Origin: Macrostomum lignano
Lineage: Eukaryota
Direction: 5' to 3'
DNA length: 64,000 nt
NCBI GenBank assembly: GCA_002269645.1
Contig: NIVC01000373.1
Span: 62,001-126,000, forward strand
Shown: positions 22,279-33,662 of the stretch, one piece after another
How positions within the stretch are numbered: position 1 is the stretch's first letter
Layout: each line of letters opens with the position of its first letter
The notes under the pieces: generated by a model
Databases searched by the model: none
What the model saw: only the letters and a program-made list of their open reading frames with translations
Told to the model about the DNA's origin: nothing
Translations under genes and position numbers: made by a program

Positions 22279-25200
22279 ATGTCAGAGTGGATCAAGTGTG
22301 AGTCTTCTAAGAGCCTGGACTTGCTCAGCTCGTCCGTCTTCGTCAGCGTGTCGGGCTGGCTGGCGGACTCCGCCTACTCGCTGACGTACGAGAACCGTAC
22401 GAAGGAGACTCTGAACGACGTGCGCTTCGTGTTCCCAGTGGACGACTCGTCGACGGTGTACCGCCTGCAGGCGGAGCTGAACGGCCGCACCATCGAATGC
22501 GAGTGCAGGGAGAAGTCGGAGGCGGAGTCGGCGTACCGGACCGCCGTGGACCAGGGGCTGTCGGCGGCGTTCGCGGCCGAGTCGGACGACACGTCGGACC
22601 TGATGAACTTCTACCTGGGCAACGTGTCACCGGGCGGTCAGGTGAACATCCGCATGCGGTCGCTGGTAGCGCTGGAGTCTCCGGAGCGTTGGGTGGCGTC
22701 GCTGACGATTCCGCGGGTGCTGGTGCCGCGGTATCGGCCGGAGAACAGCGGTGGCGACAAACCATCGAAGCGAGCGAAGGCAGCTGCAACCGCCGGGGTT
22801 GGAGAGCCGTGGCTCTCGGAGCTTCAGCTGCGCGGCTGCGTCTCCGACGACGGCTCCGCTCAGCTGCGGCGGCTCCGGTGCAGCCAGGGTCAGTTGCTAT
22901 GGCAACCAGGTCAGACCGAGTTCTCGGTGACGAAGCTCAAGCCCGACTGCGACATCGAGCTGACTGTCGAGTTCGAGGCTCCGCCGTCGGGCGCGTCAGT
23001 GTTGCGAGAGGCTGGCGAAGACGGAGACGCCGAGCTGTTCCGTCATGAGGCGGTCGCGCTGACGGCCTTCTTCGACGACTCGCAGCTGCAGAGCGCGACC
23101 GAGAAGCCCAAGGAGTTCGTCATCGTGGTGGACCGCAGCGGCTCCATGGGCGGCGACAAAATCACCGCAGCCAAGGAGGCGCTGCTGCTGTTCCTCAAGT
23201 CTCTGCCGCGCGGCTGCCACTTCAACGTCGTCAGCTTCGGCTCGAGCTTCGACAAGCTGTTCTCCTCGAGCCAGCCGTACAGCGAGTCCAAGCTGAAGGA
23301 GGCGCTCAGACTGCAGGAGCGAATGGGAGCCGACATGGGAGGCACGGAGATCCTCAAGCCGCTGCAGTGGGTGTTCGACAACCGGTCCAAGCAGTGCCAC
23401 ACCCAAGTGATTCTGCTCACGGACGGCGAGGTGAGCAACGTCGACCAGGTGAAGGACCTCGTGCTGAAGTGCTGCAGCGACGGCAGCGGCAGTCGCGCCT
23501 TCGCCATCGGCATCGGGCAGGGAGCCTCGACCAGCCTGGTGAAGGGCGTCGCTCGCGTCGGTCGCGGTCGTGCCGACTTTGTCCGGGGCGGCGACTCCGG
23601 ACAGTTGAGAAGGTCGGTGATCGGCCTGCTGAAGGCTGCTCAGCTGCCGTGCGTCGAGGACCTGCAGCTGAGCGCGTGCACTCCCGACGGAGCCTCCGTG
23701 CTTCTGGGCACCGTGCCGAGCGACCTGAAGACCGCGCCGATGACTCCGTTGAGCGCCTTCCTGCTGCTCCGGCCGGAGGCCACCGATCAGTCGGTGGTCA
23801 TCACCGTCCGAGCCACCGTCGGGGGTCGCGACGTGACGATCGTGTGCGACGCGGAGCCACCGATCCAACCGGAGAAGTGCAGTGCGGCGGCACCAGAGGA
23901 GGCGGAGTCAGCGACACCAGAGATCGCTTCGAAGACGGAGGCACGCGTTGCAGCCGATGAGGCTCGCGCAGACTCCCTGCTGGTGCACAGGGCGGCCGCC
24001 CGGCTGCAGCTGAAGGAGTGGGCCGACGAGAACTCGGTCGGGCAGCAGACGCGCAACATCGTGGCGCTGAGTCTCGCCGCCAACCTCGTCTCCAGCTGCA
24101 CGGCCTTCGTCGGCATCGACAGGGAGTCTGAGAATCCCGAAGGGGTGTTCATCGTGCCTATAAAGGAGGAAGAAGTTAGGAATTACTGCTTGGCCAGCTG
24201 CGTAAGTCATTTGAGTGCTTTTGAATTTGTTTCCTTTTCGTAAAAAACTCGGCACTCGCCTTGGCAGGGCTTGGCGGACGGCGGCGGTTTTTTCATGCCC
24301 AGTTGTAGCAGCCCCAGGGCTTTCAAATCCGCGGCCCCGACTCGGTCAAAGTCGTTTTTTAACTTCCGCCTGCCGTCCTTTAACCTGTTTGGCCGGAAGA
24401 GCAAAAAGACCTCTAACAGTGAGTGCCGCCCTGCTCTTGCTCCAGTGCCTGAGTAGAGGAAAGCTCAGCCGTTCCGAATATCCGTTTCAGTGAAGCGCAG
24501 TACCACGACTGACAGCTCGGCCGGCGCCAGCAGCTCGAGGGCGACAGGCGACTCGAAGTCGTGCAGTGTCGGCGACGCCGTCCTGAGAATCGCTGACAAC
24601 CAGCAGTTCGACGGCCGCTGGAAGCTCAGCAGCGAGCTGCTGGGCCTGCTGAGTCTGGCCAAATCCGATGTGGAAGCCGCGAAACCTGATGGAGTTGTGA
24701 GTTTGAAGCTGGGAGGATCTGCCATCTATCTGCCATCTATCTTCCATCTTCCTTCCATCTACCTTCCATCTGTCTTCCATCTATCTGCAGTCTATCTGCA
24801 ATCTATCTGCCATCTAGCTGCCGTCTATCTGCCGTCTATCTGTTATCTATCTTCCATCTATCTTCCATCTATCTTCCATCTATCTTCAATCTATCTTCCA
24901 TCTACCTTATATTTACCTTCCATCTGTCTTCCATCTATCTGCCATCTACCTTCCATCTGCATATATCTGCCACCTATCTACCATCTATCTACCATCTATC
25001 TGCCTTCAGCAACTCTCACTAAAACAGCTGCAGTTCCTGAGCCAGCATGCATCTATTGCACATCTGGGGCTTCAAAGCACTTTCTGCACCGCCCACTCCT
25101 CTATCCCAGCCTCTGGACGCCTGGTTCACTGCTCTGGTCTGCGCCCACCTGAAATCGCGGATGCAGAACCGGCGCACCGAGTGGGAGTTCCTGGTTGCCA

Positions 25201-25310
25201 AGGCTACGGAGTACCTGAAGTCCAGCTGCAGCTCCGATGTCGACCAGCTGATGACGAAGGCCAACTCGCTGATAGATGGAAATTCGGCCGCGTCTGCTTC
25301 GGGCAATTGA
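22279..25310 (+). CDS. VWA5A-like protein (VIT + vWA domains); exons 22279-24201, 24268-24418, 24491-24696, 25110-25310
   Basis: VIT domain (LTYEN...FVFPVDDSSTVY..YLGNVSPG); MIDAS motif IVVDRSGSM with LLTDG and FAIGIG; C-terminal AWFTALV...EWEFLVAKATEYL typical of VWA5A. Splice phases are consistent. Confidence 0.88.
24720..25010. repeat. Low-complexity CCATCTATCT repeat, VWA5A-like intron 3
   Basis: Recurrent CCATCTAT(C/T) units. Confidence 0.85.
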
Positions 25311-25359
25311 AAGTCGCGGACAAACAAATGCCTGTTTTGAGGCGTCTTTGAACAGCATG

Positions 25360-26063
25360 TTTTGAGAACTCTTCTGAGTAGGTTTTGAAAACTCTTCTGA
25401 GTAGGTTTTGAGAACTCTTCTGAGTAAGTTTTGAAAACTCTTCTGAGTAGGTTTTGAGAACTCTTCTGAGCAGGTTTTAAGAACTCTTCTGAGCAGGTTT
25501 TGAGAACTCTTCTGAGCAGGTTTTGTGAACTCTTCTGAGCAGCAGGTTTTGTGAACTCTTCTGAGCAGGTTTTGTGAACTCTTCTGAGCAGGTTTTGTGA
25601 ACTCTTCTGAGCAGGTTTTAAGAACTCTTCTGAGCAGCAGGTTTTGTGAACTCTTCTGAGCAGGTTTTAAGAACTCTTCTGAGCAGGTTTTGAGAACTCT
25701 TCTGAGTAGGTTTTGAGAACTCTTCTGAGCAGGTTGTGAGAACTCTTCTGAGTAGGTTTTGAGAACTCTTCTGAGCAGGTTTTGAGAACTCTTCTGAGTA
25801 GGTTTTGAGAACTCTTCTGAGTAGATTTTGAGAACTCTTCTGAGCAGGTTTTGAGAACTCTTCTGAGTAGATTTTGAGAACTCTTCTGAGCAGGTTTTGA
25901 GAACTCTTCTGAGTAGGTTTTAAGAACTCTTCTGAGTAGGTTTTGAGAACTCTTCTGAGCAGGTTTTGAGAACTCTTCTGAGCAGGTTGTGAGAACTCTT
26001 CTGAGTAGGTTGTGAGAACTCTTCTGAGCAGGTTGTGAGAACTCTTCTGAGTAGGTTTTGAGA
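25360..26063. repeat. 23-bp minisatellite (TTTTGAGAACTCTTCTGAGTAGG), about 30 copies
   Basis: ACTCTT at 25368, 25391 and onward. Confidence 0.95.
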
Positions 26064-26519
26064 AGCGGTCAAACAGGATTCCTTCGTTTTTGAGAAAGTG
26101 AAGTCACTGTTGTCATCGTGTTGTATAGTCACACTTTTGTCTGTCTGCCTTTGCTTTGCCGATAATCATCATTTTTTGTTAATGTGATTTACATAGGAAT
26201 ATTTTAAGTGGATGCTACGCTCGTAAATGTGAAAAATAGTTTAGACCTGATCCTTTTATTGTAACTGTTATCAACCTAAAAAGAAGAATTTTGGCTGCTT
26301 TATGACAGCTTACTTCTATTCCAGCTTTTCTGGGCCTTAAGACATGCCTGTTTAGTGAAGCTCATTGAAAGCAAACTCTCTTTTTTTCATCTCAAACGTG
26401 TGTCAATTCTAGAAGCAGCTTTGTATTCAAATATATATGGGGAATTATCGTGCAAAGTTGTGCCAGATCTGTCTGGCCGTTCACTGTTGTGGCATAACAT
26501 ATTGTTAAATATTTTTGAT

Positions 26520-27170
26520 TATCACTACTGCCAGTAGCATCCCTCCGCCCATAGACAACACTACTGCCAGTAGCATCCCTCCGCCCATAGACATCACTAC
26601 TGCCGGTAGCATCCGTCACGCCCATAGACATCACTACTGCCAGCAGCATCCTTCACGCCCACAGACATAACTACTGCTAGTAGCATCCCCCCGCCCATAG
26701 ACATCACTACTGCCAGTACTGTCAGTAGCATCCCCCCGCCCATAGACATCACTACTGCCAGTACTGTCAGTAGCATCCCCCCGCCCATAGACATCACTAC
26801 TGCTAGTAGCATCCCCCCGCCCACAGACATAACTACTGCTAGTAGCATCCCCCCGCCCATAGACATCACTACTGCCAGTACTGTCAGTAGCATCCCCCCG
26901 CCCATAGACATCACTACTGCCAGTACTGTCAGTAGCATCCCCCCGCCCATAGACATCACTACTGCCAGTACTGTCAGTAGCATCCCCCCGCCCATAGACA
27001 TCCCTACTGCCAGTACTGTCAGTAGCATCCCCCCGCCCATAGACATCACTACTACCGGTAGCATCCGTCACGCCCATAGACATCACTACTGCCAGTAGCA
27101 TCCCTCCGCCCACAGACATAACTACTGCTAGTAGCATCCCCCCGCCCATAGACATCACTACTGCCAGTAC
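26520..27170. repeat. 33/42-bp composite minisatellite (CCCATAGACATCACTACTGCCAGTAGCATCCC core)
   Basis: 11- and 14-codon periodicity in the spurious ORFs. Confidence 0.93.
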
Positions 27171-27624
27171 CATCCATACTTGGGAAGTACTTGCACTAGC
27201 ACTTGGGAAGTCGATAATAAACCAGCAGATTTGCACTCTAGAGAGCGCTGACAATCACTGGCATTCCCTCGTCTGCCAGAGAGTGGCGGCTGCTTCAGAC
27301 AAAGGCAGCAGGGATCGGGGGGGGGGGGTCTGAGAGGGCTCAGTAAAAAAAAGCTGCTGCATACATGGAAATCAGCAGAGCGAAACGCGAAAGGGGGATT
27401 TCGATCTCGTCCTGTCCCCTCCCTCTGCCCAGCATCGACACAGAAGAGCGTGCCCCCCCCCACGGCCCCGCAGTCTCTTGCTAAAGTTCCCAGCCCCCGC
27501 AGCGAGTCTGCTCAGGTTTGTTTGGAGGTAAAGACGGCACCGCAGCTTACTGAGAGTCTGGGCTCACCGGCTGGGTGGAAGGCCATGGCAACGGGATGAG
27601 GCAGCCAAGCACCGAGACCGCAGG

Positions 27625-27630
27625 TATAAG
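27625..27630 (+). promoter_or_regulatory. TATA-like box upstream of the lectin gene
   Basis: TATAAG in a GC-rich context, about 90 bp upstream of the ATG at 27716. Confidence 0.3.
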
Positions 27631-27715
27631 CAGCTCCCGCCCCCGTGCGATCAGAGCTGCGCACCGCCTGAGTCGGGCTCGCTGAGTAAAAATTGTTAAA
27701 GCTGAGAAGCCGAGG

Positions 27716-29148
27716 ATGCTGCTGGCTCTGCTGCTGCTCTGGGCCCAGCCAGTCAGGAGACCGTCTTCGAGGTGATCAAGTCGGCCAGCGCCACGGTTCC
27801 CGGAACAGCTGACTCGGTGCCGGGCTACAGCGCCGTGGACTGCTCGATGAAGTGCGCCCGGGCTGGCTGCTGCATTGGATTTGCCTGGGGGCGCAGCCCC
27901 TGCCGGCTCTTCAGCCTGGGCGTCTTTGGGGCCGCCTGGACCGCCTCGGATACCAGCGACATCTTCATCCGGACTGGTGAGGCTGGGTCGCTCAAAGACC
28001 ACAAGAAGCTACTTCTAAAACTTCTAGTGGTCCTTGAGGCCGCTAGCTATCAGTGTAATTGATGGATGCAGCACCTGATGGTGTGACTGATGGATGCAGC
28101 ACCTGATGGTGTGACTGATGGATGCAGCACGTGATGGTGTGACTGATGGATACAGCACCTGATGGTGTGACTGATGGATGCAGCACGTGATGGTGTGACT
28201 GATGGATACAGCACCTGATGGTGTGACTGATGGATGCAGCACGTGATGGTGTGACTGATGGATACAGCACCTGATGGTGTGACTGATGGATACAGCACCT
28301 GATGGTGTGACTGATGGATACAGCACCTGATGGTGTGACTGATGGATGCAGCACCTGATGGTGTGATGGGTAGATACAGCACTTGATGGTGATGGGTAGA
28401 TACAGCACTTGATGGTGATGGGTAGATACAGCACCTAATGGTAATGGGTAGATACAGCACCTGGTGGTAATGCGTAGATACAGCACCTGATGGTGATGGG
28501 TAGATACAGCACCTGATGGTGATGGGTAGATACAGCACCTGATGGTGATGGGTAGATACAGCACCTGATGGTGATGGGTAGATACAGCACCTGATGGTGA
28601 TGGGTAGATACAGCACCTGATGGTGATGGGTAGATACAGCACCTGATGGTGATGGGTAGATACAACATTTCATGCTAGGATGCAGATAGCAGGCTGACAG
28701 ACGATGGACGAATATCACGAACTGCTCAATCGCGCCATCCTCAGATCTGAAGCGGTTCCTGGGCATCGCTGGCTGCAACCAGAGCTCCCTGTCTACGGCC
28801 CAGGGCTCGGGCGGCGTCTGCAGCTTCGCTATAGATGGAGACCGAAAGCACAAGATGAACTCCTGCAGCAACACCCAGTCCGCACCCAACCAGTGGGTGG
28901 AGGTGCAGCTGAGCCGGCCGATCTTCGTCATGCTCGTCACCCTCTACAACAACGACAACTGCTGCCCGGAGTCCCTCAACGCGTTCTCGCTGCAGGTGGA
29001 CGGCGTCGAGTGCAACCGGGTGATTCGACAGACGCCGTTCATGGTGGCCAATTTCACCTGCAGGGCCTACGGCAGCCGGGTTCGGGTGCTCAGCCTGCTG
29101 AACATGAACCTGGCCCTGTGCGAGCTGGAGCTCTACGGGCACCAGTGA
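27716..29148 (+). CDS. Secreted PAN/apple-like + F-type (fucolectin-like) lectin; exons 27716-27976 and 28745-29148, with a 1-nt frameshift in the signal peptide
   Basis: ATG MLLALLLLWAQP (signal-like) is one base out of frame with ETVFEVIKS..DCSMKCARAGCCIGF...CRL. A phase-1 splice gives ..QSS..FAIDG..SCSNT..QWVEVQL..NNDNCCPESL..LALCELELYG, the F-type lectin pattern. Confidence 0.75.
28055..28670. repeat. Two related minisatellites (28-bp, then 26-bp) in the lectin intron
   Basis: GATGGATGCAGCACCTGATGGTGTGACT, followed by GATGGTGATGGGTAGATACAGCACCT. Confidence 0.95.
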
Positions 29149-30154
29149 GCACCGAAGTGGAGCATATGGACAGACGGACGCCGCAACTAAAAACAATTCT
29201 CGCTGATGTCTGAAGTACTTCTCAGAGGCTTATGGAGGGCTCTTCAACGAAAGCTGAAGATTCAAATAAATCTTAAAAATTATACAACTTTAGCAAGAGG
29301 GACGCGTCCGACTTCGGATTTAAAAGCGACCCTCTTGCTCTTTATTTATCTTTAGCTCTCTGCCTCTATATCATGTTTCCCGTCGGTGCCCCACGCATCT
29401 CATAAAGCTGGCTTTCTTAGTAGAAACTGGTAGGAACGGCCGTCTGCTGCCCAGCCAATCAGAAACAAGTGGTACCCTGATTGGCTGACCTTTTACTCTC
29501 GTCCCTTATTGGCACGCTGATTGGCTGTCTTTTTACTCTCGTCCCTTATTAGCACGCTGATTGGCTGGCTCGTCCCTATACTTTTGTAGTTTAGTTGAGA
29601 CTTTCCTTCATACGAAAAAATCTGAAAATTAATTTTTTAATAAGCTACTCATAACTGAATCCTTTGACGCGGTTTTTAGTCTCTATCTATTTGACAACAA
29701 TATAATCTGTACAATGCTATGCAATACTTAAGCACGCAGTTCTAAACTTTATATATAGGATTCTTATTGAATAAAAAAAGCTATCTAAAAGCTATCTAAC
29801 TCTCTAATATGACTTAAAAATTTACCTCAAAGTCTATGTGAATTAAATAAGTTTAAATTTGTGATACAGCTGCAAACATGAAGATCACTATTTTAACTTT
29901 AACTCTAAATTTCTGCTATCAATTATGCATCCAGCTCTGGGAACTCAATGCTTATTATCAGCTCCACTGTTTTCTGCCAATTTTTCCGATACATTTGAAG
30001 CGGAGTTATAAGCTCTCTGGATTTAAGGCAGGACTAATCCGTACGCTTCCTGAGGTCAAACAGGGATTTCTCCAGCGACAAATCCGCCAAAACCGGAACT
30101 GCTGGCCATCAAGATACCTCAGTGGGTTGAATGCAGGATTGGAAATGAAGTTGA

Positions 30155-30665
30155 GAGACTGGCACAGGTATGGCACAGGTGTGTCTGATGAGAGACTGGC
30201 ACAGGTGTGTCTGATGAGAGACTGGCACAGGTGTGGCACAGGTGTGGCACATGTGTGTCTGATGAGAGACTGGCACAGGTGTGTCTGATGAGAGACTGGC
30301 ACAGGTGTGTCTGATGAGAGACTGGCACAGGTGTGTCTGATGAGAGACTGGCACAGGTGTGTCTGATGAGAGACTGGGTGTGTCTGATGAGAGACTGGCA
30401 CAGGTGTGTCTGATGAGAGACTGGCACAGGTGTGTCTGATGAGAGACTGGCACAGGTGTGTCTGATGAGAGACTGGCACAGGTGTGTCTGATGAGAGACT
30501 GGCACAGGTGTGTCTGATGAGAGACTGGCACAGGTGTGTCTGATGAGAGACTGGCACAGGTGTGTCTGATGAGAGACTGGCACAGGTGTGACACAGGTGT
30601 GTCTGATGACATACTGGCACAGGAGGGTCTGAGAAGATACTGGCACAGGTGTGGCACAGGTGTGC
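30155..30665. repeat. 26-bp minisatellite (CTGGCACAGGTGTGTCTGATGAGAGA), about 18 copies
   Basis: Direct tandem unit. Confidence 0.95.
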
Positions 30666-31454
30666 CTGATTATAAGTTTGGACAATGAGAAGTACAGAGG
30701 GGCTCAGTCAAGACCCGTACTGATGCGGCAGATACCCGGACAGCCGCCACAGCCGCAGAGCAGGCGGATTCAGGTTGCCTCAAGCAGCTGACTAATTACT
30801 GGGCATGGGAGCGGCGGCCCGCACAGTCCCACTATTAGATGAGCAAAAGAAGACAGAGGCCGCCCGGCCGCAGCCTTGGCACAGGAAATTCGCAACACAA
30901 TATTGCTTGAGAGAAGGGCAAAGGAAGAAAAGACGGGGTGGAGGGGCGGAGCGCGGCAGTCACAGCCTCGCTCAGGTGCTCCCATAGTCAGAGAGGAGAA
31001 AACTTGTATGGGAAAGCAAAAAGTGAAAATTTGTAGCAGAATCCCGCACAGCCTCCGCCGTGCTCCATCATCTGCTGCCGCTCGAGCTCGAGGGGCTTCC
31101 CGTCCTGCCATCCGCCGAGCTCCGCGGCAGGTCTCAGCTGCGCTTCCCCTGCCTTCCCGCTGCTCCCATGCTCATTTGTATCCGGGGCGCAAAACTCGGC
31201 ACCTGCTACGCGAGTGGGAGATCCCGCAGTCCCGCTTTGCTCACGGGAGACTTGGCGCGGCAGGTGATGCTCCCGAAACAATATCAAATGCAAAATTAGG
31301 AGCATAAAATGAGAGGTAAACAGGTCGCATGTGAGCTCGCAGGGAGAGGATGAAGCCTCACGTTTAAACTCGTAGGAAACGGTTGTTCTGACCAGAGCTT
31401 TATTTACCAGAAGTGCGAGCCCAGAGCATGGAAATTTCAGTTTCAGGCGAAGCG

Positions 31455-32042
31455 TCAGAAGAAAGTCGTCGTTGCCGCGCGCTGCGACTGCAGGTCGGCG
31501 AAGTCGCAGCCGAGACTGTCGCCGACGCCAAATCCGCAGCCGCTGTGGTTCGGCGTCAAACAGCTGCTGCCGCCGCCTCCGCCGCCTCCGCCGCCTCCGA
31601 CGCCGCCGCTGCCGCCGCCGCCGCCTCCGCCAAGCGGCTTCTTGCGGAAGGCGCGCATGGCCATGGAAATCCCGGCTGCAGTGCTGCCGCCCGTGCGGCC
31701 GCTCCCGCCGCCGCTGCTGCCGACCCCGCCGCCGCCACCGCCGCCGCCGCCGCCGCTGCCAACACCGCCGCCGCCGCCGCTGCTGCCCCCGCCTCCGCTG
31801 ATGACGCAGCGGTCCTGCTGCTGTAGCCGGCGAAGGTGGCGTCGGGGATGGCAGACGGCGGCAGACACCGGGTCGTGCCAGCGGCCCTGCTTCCGGCGAG
31901 CGTGGTGCCTGGCGAAGGAGAAGACAAGGAAGGCCACGAACAGGAGGCCGATGGTCAGGTGGATGGCCCACACCGGCGGAGGGGACAGGCTGCTGAGCGG
32001 CTCCGTCGGGGTTGTCGTCTCTGGCGTCGGAGCTGTCGGCAT
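31455..32042 (-). CDS. Uncharacterised single-pass membrane protein with a Gly-rich tail, 195 aa
   Basis: High-GC3 frame: MPTAPTPETTTPTEP (T/P-rich), TM VWAIHLTIGLLFVAFLVFSFA, basic RHHARRK, two poly-Gly tracts. No family recognised. Confidence 0.5.
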   Translation of the reverse strand: MPTAPTPETTTPTEPLSSLSPPPVWAIHLTIGLLFVAFLVFSFARHHARRKQGRWHDPVSAAVCHPRRHLRRLQQQDRCVISGGGGSSGGGGGVGSGGGGGGGGGGVGSSGGGSGRTGGSTAAGISMAMRAFRKKPLGGGGGGGSGGVGGGGGGGGGGSSCLTPNHSGCGFGVGDSLGCDFADLQSQRAATTTFF

Positions 32043-32784
32043 GTTGTTTCGGTGCGGCCTGGCAAAGGAGCTCCGCAATGCCCGGCTTGCTAAATACCCT
32101 CTCCATTTCCACCTGCAGCGGCATTGGCTGAGCAGGGGAGGGCTGCCTGCGCACAAAATGTTGAGACTAACTTGAGCCTGAACAGCGAGTGTGTCATACG
32201 CGGAGAGAAAGGCCGGCTTGAGTCCGATTCGCTCCGTCAGCCGCTCTCTGAGGCCACCTGTTTGAGCTGCTTTGCGCTGCATGACGACTGCGCGGATCAG
32301 ATGCGGTGAAGGCTCCAGCTGTGTTGCTTAGTTGCACTCTGATCTGCGCCTGATTCAGTGCTGCTTCCCTTGAGCTGTGCGGTAACTCGGGTACCCGGAG
32401 CTCTTTTGCGCAAGCGGACCAGGCTCGATTCCAAGTGCAGTCGCATTCAGTAGGAATCCCAAGCCATTTTTCACCCGTCGAATTGACCATTTTTGAACAG
32501 GAACAGGAAATTCAAGAACACGGACTACGGCTGGTAACCTACTCAAACAGTAATCATGTCGCCAGCTCTCTCGTGCAAGAAAGAGTGCGGTATGGTTATA
32601 AAATTTCTATGGGATTAGTTAAATAAACCTTCTGGACCTTCAACAGATGGCACCAGGTGACTATGGACACCCTGTTGTGAATTTCTCTAGTTTAGCTGAT
32701 CAAGACCGAACAGTGCGCAAAACTCAACTGTTGGACGACCTCAGCTAATCTCTTAAGCATTCCGTCATCACGTCATTGTCATAG

Positions 32785-33372
32785 CTGGTTGAGCCACCCT
32801 GAGGGTCAGTACCCGAGCTGGTTGGGCCACCCTGAGGGTCAGTACCCGAGCTGGTTGAGCCACCCTGAGGGTCAGTACCCGAGCTGGTTGAGCCACCCTG
32901 AGGGTCAGTACCTGAGCTGGTTGAGCCACCCCGAGGGTCAGTACCCGAGCTGGTTGAGCCACCCTGAGGGTCAGTACCCGAGCTGGTTGAGCCACCCTGA
33001 GGGTCAGTACCCGAGCTGGTTGGCCACCCTGAGGGTCAGTACCCGAGCTGGTTGAGCCACCCTGAGGGTCAGTACCCGAGCTGGTTGAGCCACCCTGAGG
33101 GTCAGTACCCGAGCTGGTTGGGCCACCCTGAGGGTCAGTACCCGAGCTGGTTGAGCCACCCTGAGGGTCAGTACCCGAGCTGGTTGAGCCACCCTGAGGG
33201 TCAGTACCCGAGCTGGTTGAGCCACCCTGAGGGTCAGTACCCGAGCTGGTTGAGCCACCCCGAGGGTCAGTACCCGAGCTGGTTGAGCCACCCCGAGGGT
33301 CAGTACCCGAGCTGGTTGAGCCACCCCGAGGGTCAGTACCTGAGCTGGTTGGGCCACCCCGAGGGTCAGTAC
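32785..33372. repeat. 33-bp minisatellite (AGCTGGTTGAGCCACCCTGAGGGTCAGTACCCG), about 18 copies
   Basis: 11-codon periodic spurious ORFs on both strands. Confidence 0.96.
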
Positions 33373-33662
33373 CGACCGAGCCCGGGTCAGGAGGGACGCC
33401 TGGGGAGGGGACTCTCTTCTCAAGGTTTGCAAGACAAAAATCTGGCAAAAAATTGCCCAATTCCGTAACAGAAAGGAAGTTTTATTTTATTAATCAGAAT
33501 TCGCACGAGCGAAGTTGTAAGTCGGAGTAAGTCGCTTGAGACGGCAGGTGAAAAATAGTTTGTGGCCTGGCAAGTCTCCTAAGCGCCGCTGATCTCAGAC
33601 CAGGGCGCATAGTTACAGTGAATACAGGCAAAGGCAAGTGCTGCGATCTCCTTGTCGCAGCT

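Noticed and set aside
31472-32175. Poly-Ala and poly-Pro ORFs on the plus strand
   Set aside because: They are antisense shadows of the GGC-rich minus-strand frame, which has the better codon bias and a TM segment.
32350-32450. tRNA/SINE-like segment with GGCTCGATTCC
   Set aside because: A box and stems are not convincing; at most a degraded SINE.
32768-33468. Ser/Gly/Thr repeat proteins (GSTSSGTDPQG etc.)
   Set aside because: Translations of the 33-bp array; no splice or start context.
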